In this document: piece by piece, positions 1 to 12,676 of the stretch | How the letters are laid out: the number at the start of each line of letters is the position of its first letter | How positions within the stretch are numbered: the stretch's first letter is position 1 | Source: Macrostomum lignano | Taxonomy: Eukaryota | Direction of reading: 5' to 3' | Length of the DNA: 64,000 bases | Assembly (NCBI GenBank): GCA_002269645.1 | Contig: NIVC01000591.1 | Span: 62,001-126,000 of the forward strand | Made by a program: the position numbers and the translations under genes | Notes under the pieces: generated by a model | What the model was told of the DNA's origin: nothing | What the model saw: only the letters and a program-made list of their open reading frames with translations | Databases searched by the model: none

Positions 1-861
1 CTTTCATTTTCGGCATCAGCTATGGCCGCACATCCAAACTGCAGCTCTGATGCGTCTGATGCGAGATGCGTCTCTTGTAGCATTTATTCCCCACTTCGGC
101 TCGGCCATAGTCTACAGAAACGTATCTATTTGGAGTTAAATTGCATCAGGCCAAACAAATACGTCTTATAGTTTATGGCCAGACTCAAGTGAGCACTAAA
201 TACATTATTCCTCGCTTATTTCACTTATCTACGACTGCGAACGGCTTCAGTCGCGCAACTACACCCATAGCAAGGAGTTCTATAAGAGTTTATAGAACTC
301 CTTTTCCATAAGCTACGATTAAATCCGGCTTTGCCTTGACCAAGGAGTTCTATAATTAGCACCTGGAGTGGAAACGAGTTTTTCAGTTTTACCTCATGAG
401 GCCAGACTAGCATTAACAGAGTCAGACAGAGCCATAGACATTCAGTGCTGGCTCCTTATTCTTTGGGCCGTATGCAGAAAGCTCTGTCTAGGGTAGTCCG
501 GTCTTGAAAAGCTAGTCTGGACTTGGATTTGGTATGCAGAAACACAAAGTTAGACCGGTCTACTATAGACAGAACTAGGGTAGCTGGACCATAGACTATA
601 GACTGAACTACCCAAGTCCGGACTAGCTAGTTAGTAATATATTAGTATATAAATAATATAGAAAATTAGTTTGATATCAATTTCAAACTAATTTTCAGTT
701 GAATCGAAAAAAACTTGGAACATTTTAAATATTTCTAATGCATTTTGAGGCGAAATTAATACAATTTGGGAGTTTAGAGGCCTTCTGCTACAGCTGTACA
801 GAGGAAACTGCATGTAAAAAATTCAGAAAAAACTCAGATATTCATGTTGACATGCTCTCAC

Positions 862-3800
862 AGGCGAAAATGTCGATCTCGGTTATGTGGATGTAGCGAA
901 GGTTCGGGTCCATGCCTGAAGCATTCATGTACATCGTAAAGTACCTGCCAACGATGGGCCTCGTGCAGGTGATGTTGATTGGGTTTTCCTCAACAGTTGG
1001 GACGTTGGTGTAGTAGAAACAAATTCCAAAAAGGTTTTTGTTGAATGCGGTCCACACAGAGGGGTTGTTGGTGACGCCTGCAGAGAAAGTGTAGCATAAA
1101 TGGAGGACCAGGTGTTTTGTAGCGCAAAAGTTTATCTTATAATCTGTCGAAACATCAGTTCAAAGAGTTGGCGGGTAGAGAGGAAAGAATGTAAAGCTTT
1201 GCACGAGTATTTGGTGTGTAGAGTTAATTTTGCGCACTGACTGTTAAATAAAAACTCTGAATAGGTTCACGGATGAGGTCCCGGATCCGTGGTTAGTAAG
1301 TACGAGCAGGACAGTGAAGGAGTAGCAGAAACGGTTAGCAAACATTTGGTCGACTTACATCAAAGCAGTGGTCTCTCATTTTTGACTTGTCTCTGCGTAG
1401 AGAAGAAATCGAACGCAGGATTAACTTGTGTATAGTTAGATTTAATTAATAAGCGTATATTTTCAAGACGGAACATTGTCAGGAATAAAAATTGGGACAA
1501 AAAATTACGCACGTGCACAAACAGCTTGAATAAAGGAAAAAAACGAAGCACTTGCTGCTATTGCGAGTTACTACAAGGCAAAATACGCTCGTAATGTATT
1601 TATGATTTAAATCTTCAGAACTAAAACAAGACAAACTAAATGTATCTTCAAGGCATACTACGTTCATCAGATGAAAAAATTGAAGATTAAATGAATTATC
1701 AGTTCATAGCTAAACAACTTAGAAAACTTCGGGCATTTCGCTGCAAAATGTACTTGTTCATTCATGGACTTCGCAGCATTTGTCACATTTGCTTCTATCC
1801 ATTGTCTAAAAATTAGTTGAGCAGCTGGTTGATGACATCGGCGGTCAAGTAGAAGTTGGGCACGGCCAGCATCTTCACGGTGCCGTTGATTTTGGAGTAC
1901 GAGCCAGTCACATCACGCCAACCGATCTTCATGCAGAAGTTCTCGATTTCGGGAATGTTTCCGTAAAAGATAGACACTTGGTTGTCGGGAATGAAGGACC
2001 CATCGACGAACAACCGGGTCCTGTTCACGATGGTCATCGAAATGTCGAATGTGGCGCCGATTCGGACGAACTGGTCGCTTCGGATTGGGAGCACCTGGTT
2101 AGTGGAGATCAAGTTCCGGTTTCCGGTTTGAATGTAGAGCTTGCGAGTCCCCTCGAGTTCGTCCCATTCCCAGAAGTCGGTGAGCTCGATGAAGGCGCTC
2201 GTCTTCGGTTGCCTCTTCAGCTCCATCAGAAACGTGAAGTTGTTATTGAATTCGAATCCGCTGGTGTCGCTTACCCACATCCTGGATGTCAGGCCGTCCA
2301 TCTTGGCACCCTCGTCAGTGTAAGTCACTCCGGTGTGCTCGATGACGTTTTTCTGTCCGCCATCGCTGCACACGAGGTTCTCGAGCTGCTCGCCTCTGCC
2401 ACCGAGCCAAACGGCGGCAAAGTGCCGATTGGCGGTAAACACGTTGACCTCTGAGTCCACAATGAACTTGCACGAGTTTGCCTCGTCTGAGGGCCCGTCA
2501 GCGGGGCTGCTCAGGTTGAGCAGGTGACAGACTCGGCTGAAGAGAAACAGCAAACAGGTGGCAGTTCGCGAGTTCCATTGGACCACGGCTATACCTGGCA
2601 GAGTTTGCAGGCGACTCAAAAATACGCACTGCAGAGTGGAGACGGCCGGGCTGGGGCTGGGGAGGGTCCACTCGGACAGGGACTTGTTGAGGCAGGTGCG
2701 CTGGATGACCGGGTAGCGAGTTCCGGAGTTGGCGGCAGCGGTAGAGGTGCAGAGCAGAACGGACGCAACAAAGGCAAGTAGCCACCGGCGGAGAGCCATG
2801 ATTCTTTTGATTTGAAAGTTCGTTTTCCGTTCGATAAATTATTAGTATCGAATAGGCTTGCGATGAGTTTTGCGATTTTAAAAAGCACACAGCAGCTCAG
2901 GCTAACTCGGTGACGGATAGGGAAAATGCGTATCAGAATATTTATTTGCGATTTAAATGTTTTCACCATTAAAATAATGGCGCCTTTTCCGCACTGCCGT
3001 TGAGCCGATTCTCCTATATGGCATGGAGGCTGTGCCAATGACTGCGACGCGACAGCAAGCCCTGGATGCTCACTACAGGTCGCTGCTCCGCTATGCCCTG
3101 GGCGTGCACTACCCTACTCACTGTGCCGACCAGGGACCTGATGACTCGCGCTGGTGTTCCCGCGCTCAGCTGCACTATCCGTAAACGCCGTCAGATGTTA
3201 CTTGGCCACTGCCTAAGAAGCCACAGCCGCAGCAAGCAAAATACTCTGGCGCTGGCTCTCCTGCATCAGCCCACTGAGCACCTGCGCCGTGGCCAAGGCC
3301 GAACTGTGACGCTAAATGATACGTTTCTGACTGACTTGCAGGCCATCGGGCTTAGCCCCCAGTCCGCCGTGACTTGCCCCTCTCGGTTGTTCTGCGAACG
3401 CGTCCGCGCAAAGTCTAGCTAGGTCTCTTTTTGTCTGTGCTACTCTCTGCGTCGCTAGAACTATATTTAATAATATATATTAAAATAAACTCCGAGGCCC
3501 ATAGAAGTCAAATAGTCTAGAGGAGATGTAGAGAAACCATTGCAGGGTATGACAGCCAACCCCCCAGTCAATCCTTCCATTTTCGTCCTCCGTCGATAAA
3601 AAAATTAACGCATTTACTTTATTTTTTATGCTTTCAAATCACAAAAAATCGATCAAAACATTTCGATTTCAACGATCAGATCAGATCAGTATACGAGCTA
3701 TTCGGCGTTGAAATTGAGACAGTAGAAAGAGATTCTAAAAGAGGTAAATAAACAATTATCACTCGTCAAAAGCACACGAAATTAGCCAGAGGTTTTGCTT

Positions 3801-6800
3801 TTAGCGAAATGCCTATGACCGAGAGAAAAAATCACGATTGACTGGATAATTGAAATCTGTTTGCAAGCACTTGGCACTTCTGTTTTTGAGAGTTCGAGCG
3901 TTAAAGCTGCCATTTTAAAAGGAGCCGCTCGTCCGATGGTGCTATCTTAAACATATTGATCGCAAGCTGACAAAGTGAATCCACGGTAATGCAGAGACAC
4001 TTCAGGTCTTAAACAGCTACGTAGCTGTTGCTGCTGTGAAACCATTTCCTTCCACAATGATATGCCAACCTAAACTGCTGAGACGTCAAAGGTTTAAGGG
4101 AAAATTGCAGAAACTGGGACTCTCAGGAAAGTTAGGGTTACGAGTTCAACAATGCAAGAATCAACCTATTAACCATAAAAAATTCATGGGGGAATTGCTA
4201 AGATGTTATGGTTCAAAGGGGGATAGCTGAGTTGTCAAGGCGTCCTGTACCGCCGTCACCTCCTTAAACCAGTGAGACGAAGTCAAGGCAGTTGGCACGA
4301 GAGGCTCTTGGCAATACGCACTCGATACAAAATCGATACGCACTTGGCGGGCAAGAGGCCGCCCGGCCCTGCGCTAAAAAAGGCACCCAAACAGGGGGCA
4401 CGTAACCTAGGCACGTACACCACCCCGCACCATCGCACAAGAGCCACGCCCCACTGGTTCAACACCCAGCCAAGCTCGCCCGGTCGGACAAGTCAGCGGC
4501 CGCAGTCCGCGTCGATCTGGTGTTGGTTCAGATGGTAAAATCCTCGCTGCGTGTTGATGATCAAGAAGGGCTATTATCCTCAGACAACGGCAGCTGCAGG
4601 AAGACGTTTGACCTGTCCAGCTTGGACCATTTGCAGCCGCCATCCAGCTTTGCGAACACGTCTTCGATGCGCGGCATTGGGTACAGCTCCGGCCTCCAGA
4701 AGCTCCCTCATATGTAGGTCCGCAACACTGTGGATGTCGGCGATATACAGAGACCTATCCTCCTGAAGGCTCTTCCGGATGACGACGGTGAGGGCGGAGC
4801 CAGTTACCTCGAAGAGACATGGCTTGCCTTGGAGCCGCAGCTCGACCGTCAGACCCTTGCTCGACCCGCTCTGACTAATACTGAAGAGAGGCTCCTGTAA
4901 CTCAGCAGGCTCTGGATCCAACTTGTGCAGCTTAGAAGTCCGGCACACCTTCCGGATGTGCCCGACTTTGCCGCAGTTTTGGCACTTAGCCCCAGTAGAC
5001 TTACACTGTCGCCAAATGTGCTCACTACCGCAGCTCGCGCACGCGCCTGTGGCAGTTGCTGTTCGCATAGCGTTGGCTCAAGATTGGCGGCAGGGCTTTC
5101 CGGGGGAGGTGCTTATTGACCCCTTTGCTTTGGGCGCAGTGAAATTCTTGTGAAGACGCGGATAGGCAACTGCTCAGCCCCGTGCGCCATTTCCGACGAC
5201 GATCTCTTCGCTGCCTCCAATTTGTCGACTCTGGCAACGAGCGTCTTGAAGTCAGGCTGTGCGACCTCCAGCAGCTTTGCACGGTGCACGCCGCTGCGGA
5301 GACCGAAGACAAGCTGGTCGCGCAGTCTGTCATCCAGAGTGGCCTCAAATTTTCTATGCTCCGAGGCCAGCAATAAAAGTCAGTGAGACTCTCGCTGGGC
5401 TTCTGTAAGCGGTGTTGAAAGCGGAATCTGGCGGATAGCATTGGCGTCTGTGTAGAATAATGTGCCTTCTGGATAACTGCTAGGTCAGAGTAGGACTTGG
5501 AGGCCACAGTTTCTGTCAAGCACAAATTCTGAAGAACCTTGTTCAAGCATCCTCTCCGATAGCGGCCACAAGCGTTGCGACCTTCGCCACGTCTCAGACA
5601 TCATTGCAGATGAAGTACTGTTCAAGCCTCTGCAACTATATCTCAATGTCTGAGTCTATATTCTACCAGTTGTAGCCATCCTTGTCGCCAATGCGAAATT
5701 ATGAGTTCGGAAACGAGTGATCAAACAGAGAGAACTATCGAGTGGCCAATGTCATTAGTAATCGACCTAATGCGACCAAGCTATCCGACATAAAGTCTCA
5801 TAGAGGACTTCTTAAATTCTGTGGCTCATGGAGAGAATTTTAAGATGTCAGGGCTCATGGGAATATTTCTGAAATTATGTGGCTTATGGGGGTTGCTTAA
5901 ATGCTTTAAGCCAAAGCTTACAAGGGCATGCTGATATATTAGGCTAGTAAATACGCTCGTAGCTGGCTTTCAAAGCTGCTGCTTTTTTATTTACACATCA
6001 TTTTCTTTCATAAATTTATGAAGGAAACTTGCTGCTGCAGACGCCTCAGTCTAGGAATGTTTTAAGATACTCACCTGCTCTTGCTAGGTAGCTACATGTA
6101 GCCATGTAGGCTTGCACTCGCTGAAATAAATAATATTCGCAGGAGGGTTGTGGCCACATTGGCGCAGCGGTTTCGATAAAATCATCCCATAACCAGCGCT
6201 GAGGCAGTACCGCCCATTCCGATGACTGCTTACTGCTTACCAAATTTGATTTTTGAGAATCGCCGCGCCCACTTGTCCCGCCGATTCCAAACTCGAGCAC
6301 CGAAGATGGCGTACGGCAGCTCCAAGTCAAGCAGCATCCAGGGCTGCGGGTCGCCGCCGCGAGTGTGCACCAAGGGCCCGCCGGTCAGGCCGTCATTAAT
6401 GCCGATTGGGCTCCCAGCGCGTGGGTCCACTGAGGAGGACTTGGCTGGCTTGTGTTTTGGCACTTGAATCAGCTCAAATCCTAAAATGGTTTTGAGTTTG
6501 CTTTTAACTGTTGAAGATCCTACAGAATGGATTAGAAGGACAGATAAACAAAAACAGGTCCCATCAGTAGCTGCAAGTGTTCTCGAATGAGAAGTTGCTT
6601 CATAGTTTGTGCATGGTTGCCGCATGCCTGTATATCGAAACTTCAAAAGGTTTCGATCGTTAAAACAGGTAAGTTTTGAATTTTTTTATAAGAACTGTAC
6701 TGCTACGTTTATATGTGACAGGCAACGGCACTTTATTATAGGCAAAGGGGCTGTGTGCACCCTGGCGCACTTGTGGGCAGTACATGCAAATTTTCAAACA

Positions 6801-6882
6801 CTTTCTTCTTACCTGTGACAGCAGCAGAATAAAAATTCAAAGCCCAAGTCACGAGAAATAGTCTTTGCATTTTTAGATGCAT
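862..6882 (-). CDS. Secreted F-type lectin (fucolectin/F5-8 type C) gene, copy A; 3' end not found in window
   Basis: Exons 6882-6813 (signal peptide MHLKMQRLFLVTWALNFYSAAVTG), 6480-6241 (GFELIQVPK...VHT...WMLLDLE...NRRDKWARRF...KF) and 1077-862 (GVTNNPSVW...C...ITCTRPIVGRYFTMY...ITEIDIFA). All have GT-AG boundaries with phase-1 introns, and they match the intact paralog at 22.6-24.3 kb exon for exon. No PAN exon 4 was recognised in 1-860. Confidence 0.75.
1813..2799 (-). CDS. Intronless secreted protein, degenerate PAN/apple-like + LamG/concanavalin A-like domain (328 aa), nested in intron 2 of lectin copy A
   Basis: ATG-initiated 328-aa ORF with hydrophobic signal peptide, a Cys-spaced LQCVF...ATCLLF segment, and a beta-rich C-terminal part (FTFLMELK, FVRIGATFD, RTRLFVDG, MKIGWR, NGTVKMLAV) typical of LamG/pentraxin-like folds. 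Domain calls are by eye. Confidence 0.75.
   Translation of the reverse strand: MALRRWLLAFVASVLLCTSTAAANSGTRYPVIQRTCLNKSLSEWTLPSPSPAVSTLQCVFLSRLQTLPGIAVVQWNSRTATCLLFLFSRVCHLLNLSSPADGPSDEANSCKFIVDSEVNVFTANRHFAAVWLGGRGEQLENLVCSDGGQKNVIEHTGVTYTDEGAKMDGLTSRMWVSDTSGFEFNNNFTFLMELKRQPKTSAFIELTDFWEWDELEGTRKLYIQTGNRNLISTNQVLPIRSDQFVRIGATFDISMTIVNRTRLFVDGSFIPDNQVSIFYGNIPEIENFCMKIGWRDVTGSYSKINGTVKMLAVPNFYLTADVINQLLN
2978..3478 (+). mobile_element. 5'-truncated non-LTR retrotransposon (RTE/L2-like C-terminal fragment) with target-site duplication
   Basis: Frameshifted LINE post-RT text (FRTAVEPILLYGMEAVPMT...LDAHYRSLLRYALG / LMTRAGVPALSCTIRKRRQMLLGHCLR), AT-rich tail, and identical flanking 10-mer ATTAAAATAA at 2968-2977 and 3479-3488. 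Confidence 0.75.
4250..5780 (-). mobile_element. Decayed, internally deleted Gypsy (Mag/K02A2.6-like) LTR retrotransposon
   Basis: LTR end ...TTTCGCA followed by PBS-like TGGCGACAAGG at 5690 and gag ATG at 5679. Gag fragments (YLQRLEQYFICN, LRDQLVFGL), CCHC knuckle CQNCGKVGHIRKVC, damaged protease motif LFEV(D)TGSA and an RT-like remnant INTQRGFYH. Multiple stops and frameshifts; no paired LTR found. Confidence 0.75.
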
Positions 6883-7469
6883 TTTTGATTGCTAGTCTAA
6901 TTGGTGGCACTATGAGTGATTTAATTAACACAAAATGAGGTTCTGTTAGACAAAGTATAGCTACCGCAAGACAAAGCTGTCGAATTTCTTCTTCAGTTAT
7001 TTGGCTTTAATAGCTTGATAAGCTTCAGAAACAGCTGGCTGCCACCCGCTGGCATCCGATAAATAACTCGTCTGTCAATTCACAATTTATCTTTTGTTTT
7101 GCTAGCTAGAAAACATTCCAAATTATTATCGACAGTTGCTATTCATCAGTTGAGACTGGCAGCACTGACAGCTGGTGAAGCGATAGTTTTATCTCTCTAT
7201 TTTTCACTTGTCCAAAAAATTATTCAGCTTCAATTTGGGGAAATCCATGGGAAAAAATGCACATGCTTGCTAGCTTCTCTTGCGATTTGGAAACACGGAA
7301 AACTTCGTATCTTGCTAAATGCAATTGGACATGTTTGCTCGTAGGAGCAGCGAAAACTGACCTTGCTGTGAAATTTGCACGATTTGCGGGTGCAGCGTCC
7401 ATTAATATCGATTTCTATGGGTCATTGAGCACGGAGACAAGAGACGGAGGCGCCGCCCAAAATTAGATA

Positions 7470-8090
7470 CAGGCGTCTACAACTAGATAGGGGCGCCCAT
7501 AATTAGATGGGGGCATCCACCAAGAGACAGGGGCGCCCATAATTAGATAGGGGCACCCGCCAAGAGACAGTGGCGCCCACAAAGAGACAGGGGCGCCCAC
7601 CAAGAGACAGGGGCGCCCTCCAAGAGACGGGGCGCCCACCAAGAGACGAGGGTGCCCACTAAGAGACAGGGGCGCTCACAATTAGATAGGGGCACCCACC
7701 AAGAGACAGGGGCGCCCACAATTAGATAGGGGCACCCACCAAGAAACGGGGCGCCCACCAAGAGACGGGGGCGCCCACCAAGAGACGGGGACGCCCATCA
7801 AGAGACAGGGGCGCCCACAATTAGATAGGGGCACCCACCAAGAGACGGGGCGCCCACCAAGAGACGGGGGCGCCCACCAAGAGACGGGGACGCCCACCAA
7901 GAGACTGGGACGCCCACCAAGAGACAGGGGCGCCCACAATTAGATAGGGGCACCCACCAAGAGACGGGGGCACCCACCATGAGAGACGTGGGCGCCCACC
8001 AAGAGACGGGGCGCCCACCAAGAGACGGGGGCGCCCACCAAGAGACGGGGACGCCCACCAAGAGACGGGAGCGCCCACAAAGAGACACGA
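7470..8090. repeat. GC-rich ~20-nt minisatellite (CCACCAAGAGACGGGGCGC / AATTAGATAGGGGCAC variants)
   Basis: Direct reading of tandem copies; the overlapping WWAP/GGRP ORFs are repeat artefacts. Confidence 0.95.
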
Positions 8091-8399
8091 ACGACCACTA
8101 CTAGAACAAAAATTATTCTATTATAATTGCACTGAAAATTTTACAAAAGCGGAATAGTGGCCGACTATTTGTTTGCGGACAGTGTTGGAACAAGTTTGGT
8201 CAGACAGAATAGTACAAATTAAGGGTATGACGAATATTTTCAGTGCATATTGTTACATTATTGGGGTTACTTCAGTATTACTCAAAAAGATTCTTAACAA
8301 CGTTGTGAGACCACGAAGTTACGAATAAAAAACCTATGGACACCATAAATCACAGCGTTTAACTTTTGCAAAAGGTCGCAAGCAAAATACCGAAATACC

Positions 8400-11300
8400 G
8401 CAGGCACACAACAAACCCTAACACTCCCCCCTAATGATGCTTTATCATTACAACATACTTGATAACGTAACGCACCATCACCAAAGTACTAAGTTATGGA
8501 AAAAGCAGAAACACAAAAGGCGCCAAGGAGCAAAAATGTAAGCATCATCACCAGCGTACTGTACCATAGCGAAAACCAAATGTCGCGTTGAGAAGTTTAC
8601 TCACAGAGCACGAGCACGATAGGATACGAACTTGAAGATTGAAACTAAGGAGGGATAAAGACTGAGAACTCAGACGTCAATAGTCACTGTCAGCTTTAGA
8701 AACGTCAATAACCGTTAATTCAGTCACGGCTTCTAGCAAAATCAGGTTTTCAACCGGCCGGCGAATCAAGCATCTCCTGGGTCCGCGGCCTGGCCTTTGC
8801 GCGACTCGAACTGTTGCCGATCTCACTCGTCTCGTCCCGGATGCACTGCCTCTATAATGCAAGAACACCAAGTGAGCCTCGGTTGGCCAGCTTCGCCTTT
8901 CACCAGGACGATGTCACCGACCGTCGCCTCTCCGATCACGCCGTGCTTAGGATTGAGCCGATGTTCACGCAAGCTGGTCAGATACTGCCGCTCCCAGCAG
9001 TCCCAGAAGGCATGAAGTCTGGCGCGCATTCGCTTCAGCAGTCTTGGCAACGGTAGCAGAAGATCTGGCGCGCAACTAGAAGTAGGCTCCGCCGTTAGCC
9101 GCTGTAACACCAGGAAGTGTGCCGGTGTCAGAACTTCTCCTTCGGGCTCGGCATCCACGTAGAGCAGAGGGCGGCTGTTGAGCACCGCCTCCACCTCCAT
9201 GAGCACTGTCAGCAGTTCGTCCAGTGTTAGACTTGAATTCAGAAGGGTTTTGGGCAGTGCCAGCTTGATGTCCTTCATCAGTCGCTCCCAGAAGCTTCCT
9301 TGCCAGGGTGCGCGTTCCGTGATAAACTGCCAGGTAATCTTCCGAGTGGCGCAGAACTCCTGAACCTTTTGACTCTCCGATGCTTGCAATATCCGCGCGG
9401 CTTTGGCGAATGTCTTAGCGTTATCGCTAATGAGACTAGGGATACCTCTCCTTGCACAGAATCGCCTTAGGGCTCTAAGAAGGTCTCAGTTGTTAGATCT
9501 GTGAGTTTTGGTGTTCGTTGTGTTGGCTGTTTTGGGGGTTGGCCTACTCTGGGGGGTTGGACACGCTTTTATTCACCTGAACCTATATCGATCGGAATGT
9601 ACGCGCGTACATAGTGAGTGACAAATATATATATCGACTAACTTTGCCTTTGAGCCCTCGTGCTGATTTTTCTCGCAATTATGGTCTTACAGATCGTTCA
9701 CCAGTTCTAGATGAAGCGCTCGCATTGCTGCGCAGGTGAACACTAACATGTAGCCCTTTTCGACAGCAGTGTCTTTTCTCAGCTTGACCGGACCACAGTA
9801 GTCGAGCCTGCTCCACTCGAACGCTCTCATTGCTTTCAAGCGAGATTCTGGCAACGCAGGAACTTGCATCACAGCGAACGGGAGTCCCTGAAGACGCCTG
9901 CAGACGACGCATTTTCCAAGAATTGCCTTCACTCGCTGCCTGCCACGGATCAGCCAAAACTTCTCATGCAGTTTGCAAAGGGTGCTGTGCGCGTCTCGGA
10001 TGAGGAGAACTTCTAGATGAGTCTTGTTCGGGATGAGGATGGGGCAGTCAACAGCTGCAACAACGTTTGATTCTCTCAATCGACCCCGACTTTGGAGCAG
10101 ACCTTTGCTGTCGAGGAAGAGATTCAGCTGCTTTGCAAGATCCGTAGATGCTGTCGACCTTTTAAAGTGAGCAATCTCAGCAGAGAAACTCCTTCGTTGT
10201 ACCTCTTTCAGCCAACGCTCCTTTGCTTCGGACACTTCTGCAGCTGTCAAAGTTCCTGCTCGCTCCTCACTATTCCAGCTTCTTTCTGGCTCATCAGAAT
10301 GCGGTGGTACTCCTGCAGCAGTGCGGGTTCACAGCGCAGCCTGCTCAGGTTACTCTAAAGCCTCTCGAATGCCACGTCGTCAACTGTTGTCAAGGCTTTT
10401 GTTGTTCCGTGCGTGCAGCAGAGAAGCACTTGCTCTTTTTTTCTTTCAGTCCTCCTGCCGAAATGGCGTCGGACAAGGAGCCACACAGGAGCCACCCAAG
10501 CTGACTGGCTACCGCAACCAGCTCGGTGCTGATTTCAGAACGATCTATCTGTCCTGTGACAAGGTCATAGAACTGGTCAGCTCCTATGAGGATGTTGATG
10601 TCTGGATGCTGCTCGCTGCCGATGTCTCAGTCTGCCAGATCCAGATGTGGGAAGTGATCGCTGCGCAAGCTGTTGATGAGAGCAGATGTAGGGCACTGTG
10701 TTGGCGCGCAATGTGAAGGGAGTGACGCCGTCGAGCTTACGAAGTTGGAAATCGATCTTCTCCGTTTGCACGACCTTGGGCTTTGTGCCTCCAAATGTCG
10801 TCACTTCCATTGTTTCTTTGCCTATCACACAGAGTCCCATACGCTCAGCTACGCCCGACAGGATGAACGAACGGTTGCTCGCAGAGTCGAAGAGAATTCG
10901 AACCCGTGTTTCACTGCAGCCATCTGGTGAAATCAGTACAGCTCCCGCGGTGGGAAGAACCACTGTCTGGACCTTGGTGACCATCGCCATTGTCTTTACT
11001 TCGTGGCTCTTGACACTCTGCGTGGCCGACTGTTCGAATTTCTTCTTTCCTGAACCCGCCGTATCGAAGTTGCAACTAGGCGTCTTGTCTGCCGGTCTCG
11101 GTGGCTGTTCCACTCGCGCAGCGCAGAGACTGGGATGATGCTTTAACTTGCAGAAGTCACACTACTTCTTTTGATAACAAGTCTTTGTGGCATGACCTTT
11201 AGAGAGGCAACTGAAGCAGCGTCTTTGTTCTTTCAAGAACTGAAGCCTAGCAGGCACATCCACCAGTCGATTGCAACTCTCCGGAGCATGTTCAGCGTCA

Positions 11301-12668
11301 CAATAAGGCTCTGGCTCTGGCGACCTTCGTAGCCTTCGTCTGCAAAGCAGATACCGTGCCTTCCTTGGTTTGCCTGTCAACAGTGGAAGCCTCTGATGAA
11401 CTGGCTGCTTGAACTCCTGCTCCGAAAGCCGCTTCCTCTCTAACCAGGATTTCAAGTCCAAGACATTGAGGAATTCCTTGATCGAATCTAAGCCGTTCTC
11501 ATCCGTCACCTGTAGCTGACTGACACCATAGAAAGGCCGTAAGGCAACCATCCTGGCAGTTCTAAGCATCCCGAGACGGACCACTTCGTATGAAGCAACG
11601 TACACTCACCCCGAGATTCTCCAGGCTGCGGACATTGCCGTTGACTTGATCGTGGAAGTTTCTGAGTTGGTGGACTGAAGCACCTGAACAAGTCAGCGCC
11701 GAGAACTTCGCCAGATGCTCGCGCACGGCTCCACTCCGGGATCCAAACCGTCGTTGCAGGTTATCGATCTTGTCGATCTTATCGATCTTGTAGTTCTCGG
11801 CTGTGATTTTACGGCCGGCGATCGAATTCTTGGCTTCTCCTGAAAGGCACGATTGCAGGTAGCTAAACTTTTCGACGACGCTGAGGCTCGGGTTGTCGTG
11901 GATGCTGGAGCTGAAGCGGTCCCAGAATGCAGTCCATTGCGTCCAATCTCCATTGAATGCTGGCGGCGGCAGCCTAATGGCCGGCGTAGTCGTCAAAGCA
12001 GAATTCTCTCGCGGTGACGTGGATGGAGTTGACTTTTTCGTTTGCTGTTGATCTTTAGCCTGCATGCGGCTTTCTCGCTCGGCCTGAAGACTCTGCAGTC
12101 GCTTGGCAAGACTCGAAATCATCTTCCCAGCCAGTAGCTCTCACTCCATCGTCTTCTCCACTTACTCTTGGAGTATTTTCTCGTCGATCTCAACGGACAG
12201 CTCTTTATCCGCTGCCAGCAGCTGTTGCTTCTTGAGGCGCAGGGCTTCCAGTACGCTGTCGATGTCTTCCTCAGCAGCCCCTGAGTTGAGCAGGTCTTGG
12301 GCTTTCTGGGCTAATCTGGTGACCGTCGCTCTCAAAACTCCACGCTTTTTGGAGCCCATGCTGAACTGATAAGAAATCGGGTGAGTCACTGTAGAACTAT
12401 AGAGCCAATACTTTCACTTTACTTTGATTTTAGTTCGGGCGCCATGTTGTCTGAACAAGAAATTGAACAAGTCTGAGGGCCGTCAATTTAGCTAACAAGA
12501 AAAAATCAACAATTAAGCGCTTACTGAGAGGTCTGCAATACCTTGTAATACTGTATATTTAACTTAAGTCTCTCGCAACAACCACCCCACCATGCGCACT
12601 GAGGAGGGGGACACACAGCGTACACACAAACCAGAGGGTGCTTGGCAGGCACACAACTAACCCTAACA
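8400..12668 (-). mobile_element. Non-autonomous BEL/Pao LTR retrotransposon (RT and RNase H deleted, 3' LTR truncated)
   Basis: 5' LTR 12668-12445 (TGTTAGGG...AACA), PBS TGGCGCCCGAAC at 12444. Gag DUF1759-like (FNGDWTQWTAFWDRF), Cys-His knuckle (CFSCLSKGHATKTC), protease (ILFDSASNRSFI), integrase (LIRDAH, CVVCRR, LDYCGP, WQFITERAPWQG) and a DUF5641-like tail. PPT AGGGGGGAG then a 24-nt copy of the LTR start at 8423-8400. In-frame stops and frameshifts. Confidence 0.9.
9500..9691 (-). mobile_element. Solo LTR (192 bp) inserted in the BEL integrase
   Basis: TGTAAG...CTCACA termini on minus strand, 4-bp TSD GATC at 9496-9499 and 9692-9695, internal TATA-like run and AATAAA. Removing it restores integrase HLELVNDLTTETFL. 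Confidence 0.85.
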
Positions 12669-12676
12669 AAGAGAAT

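Noticed and set aside
225-413. Candidate final exon of lectin copy A
   Set aside because: No similarity to the PAN exon of copies B and C; the phase-1 reading after the 360 acceptor gives only 14 codons.
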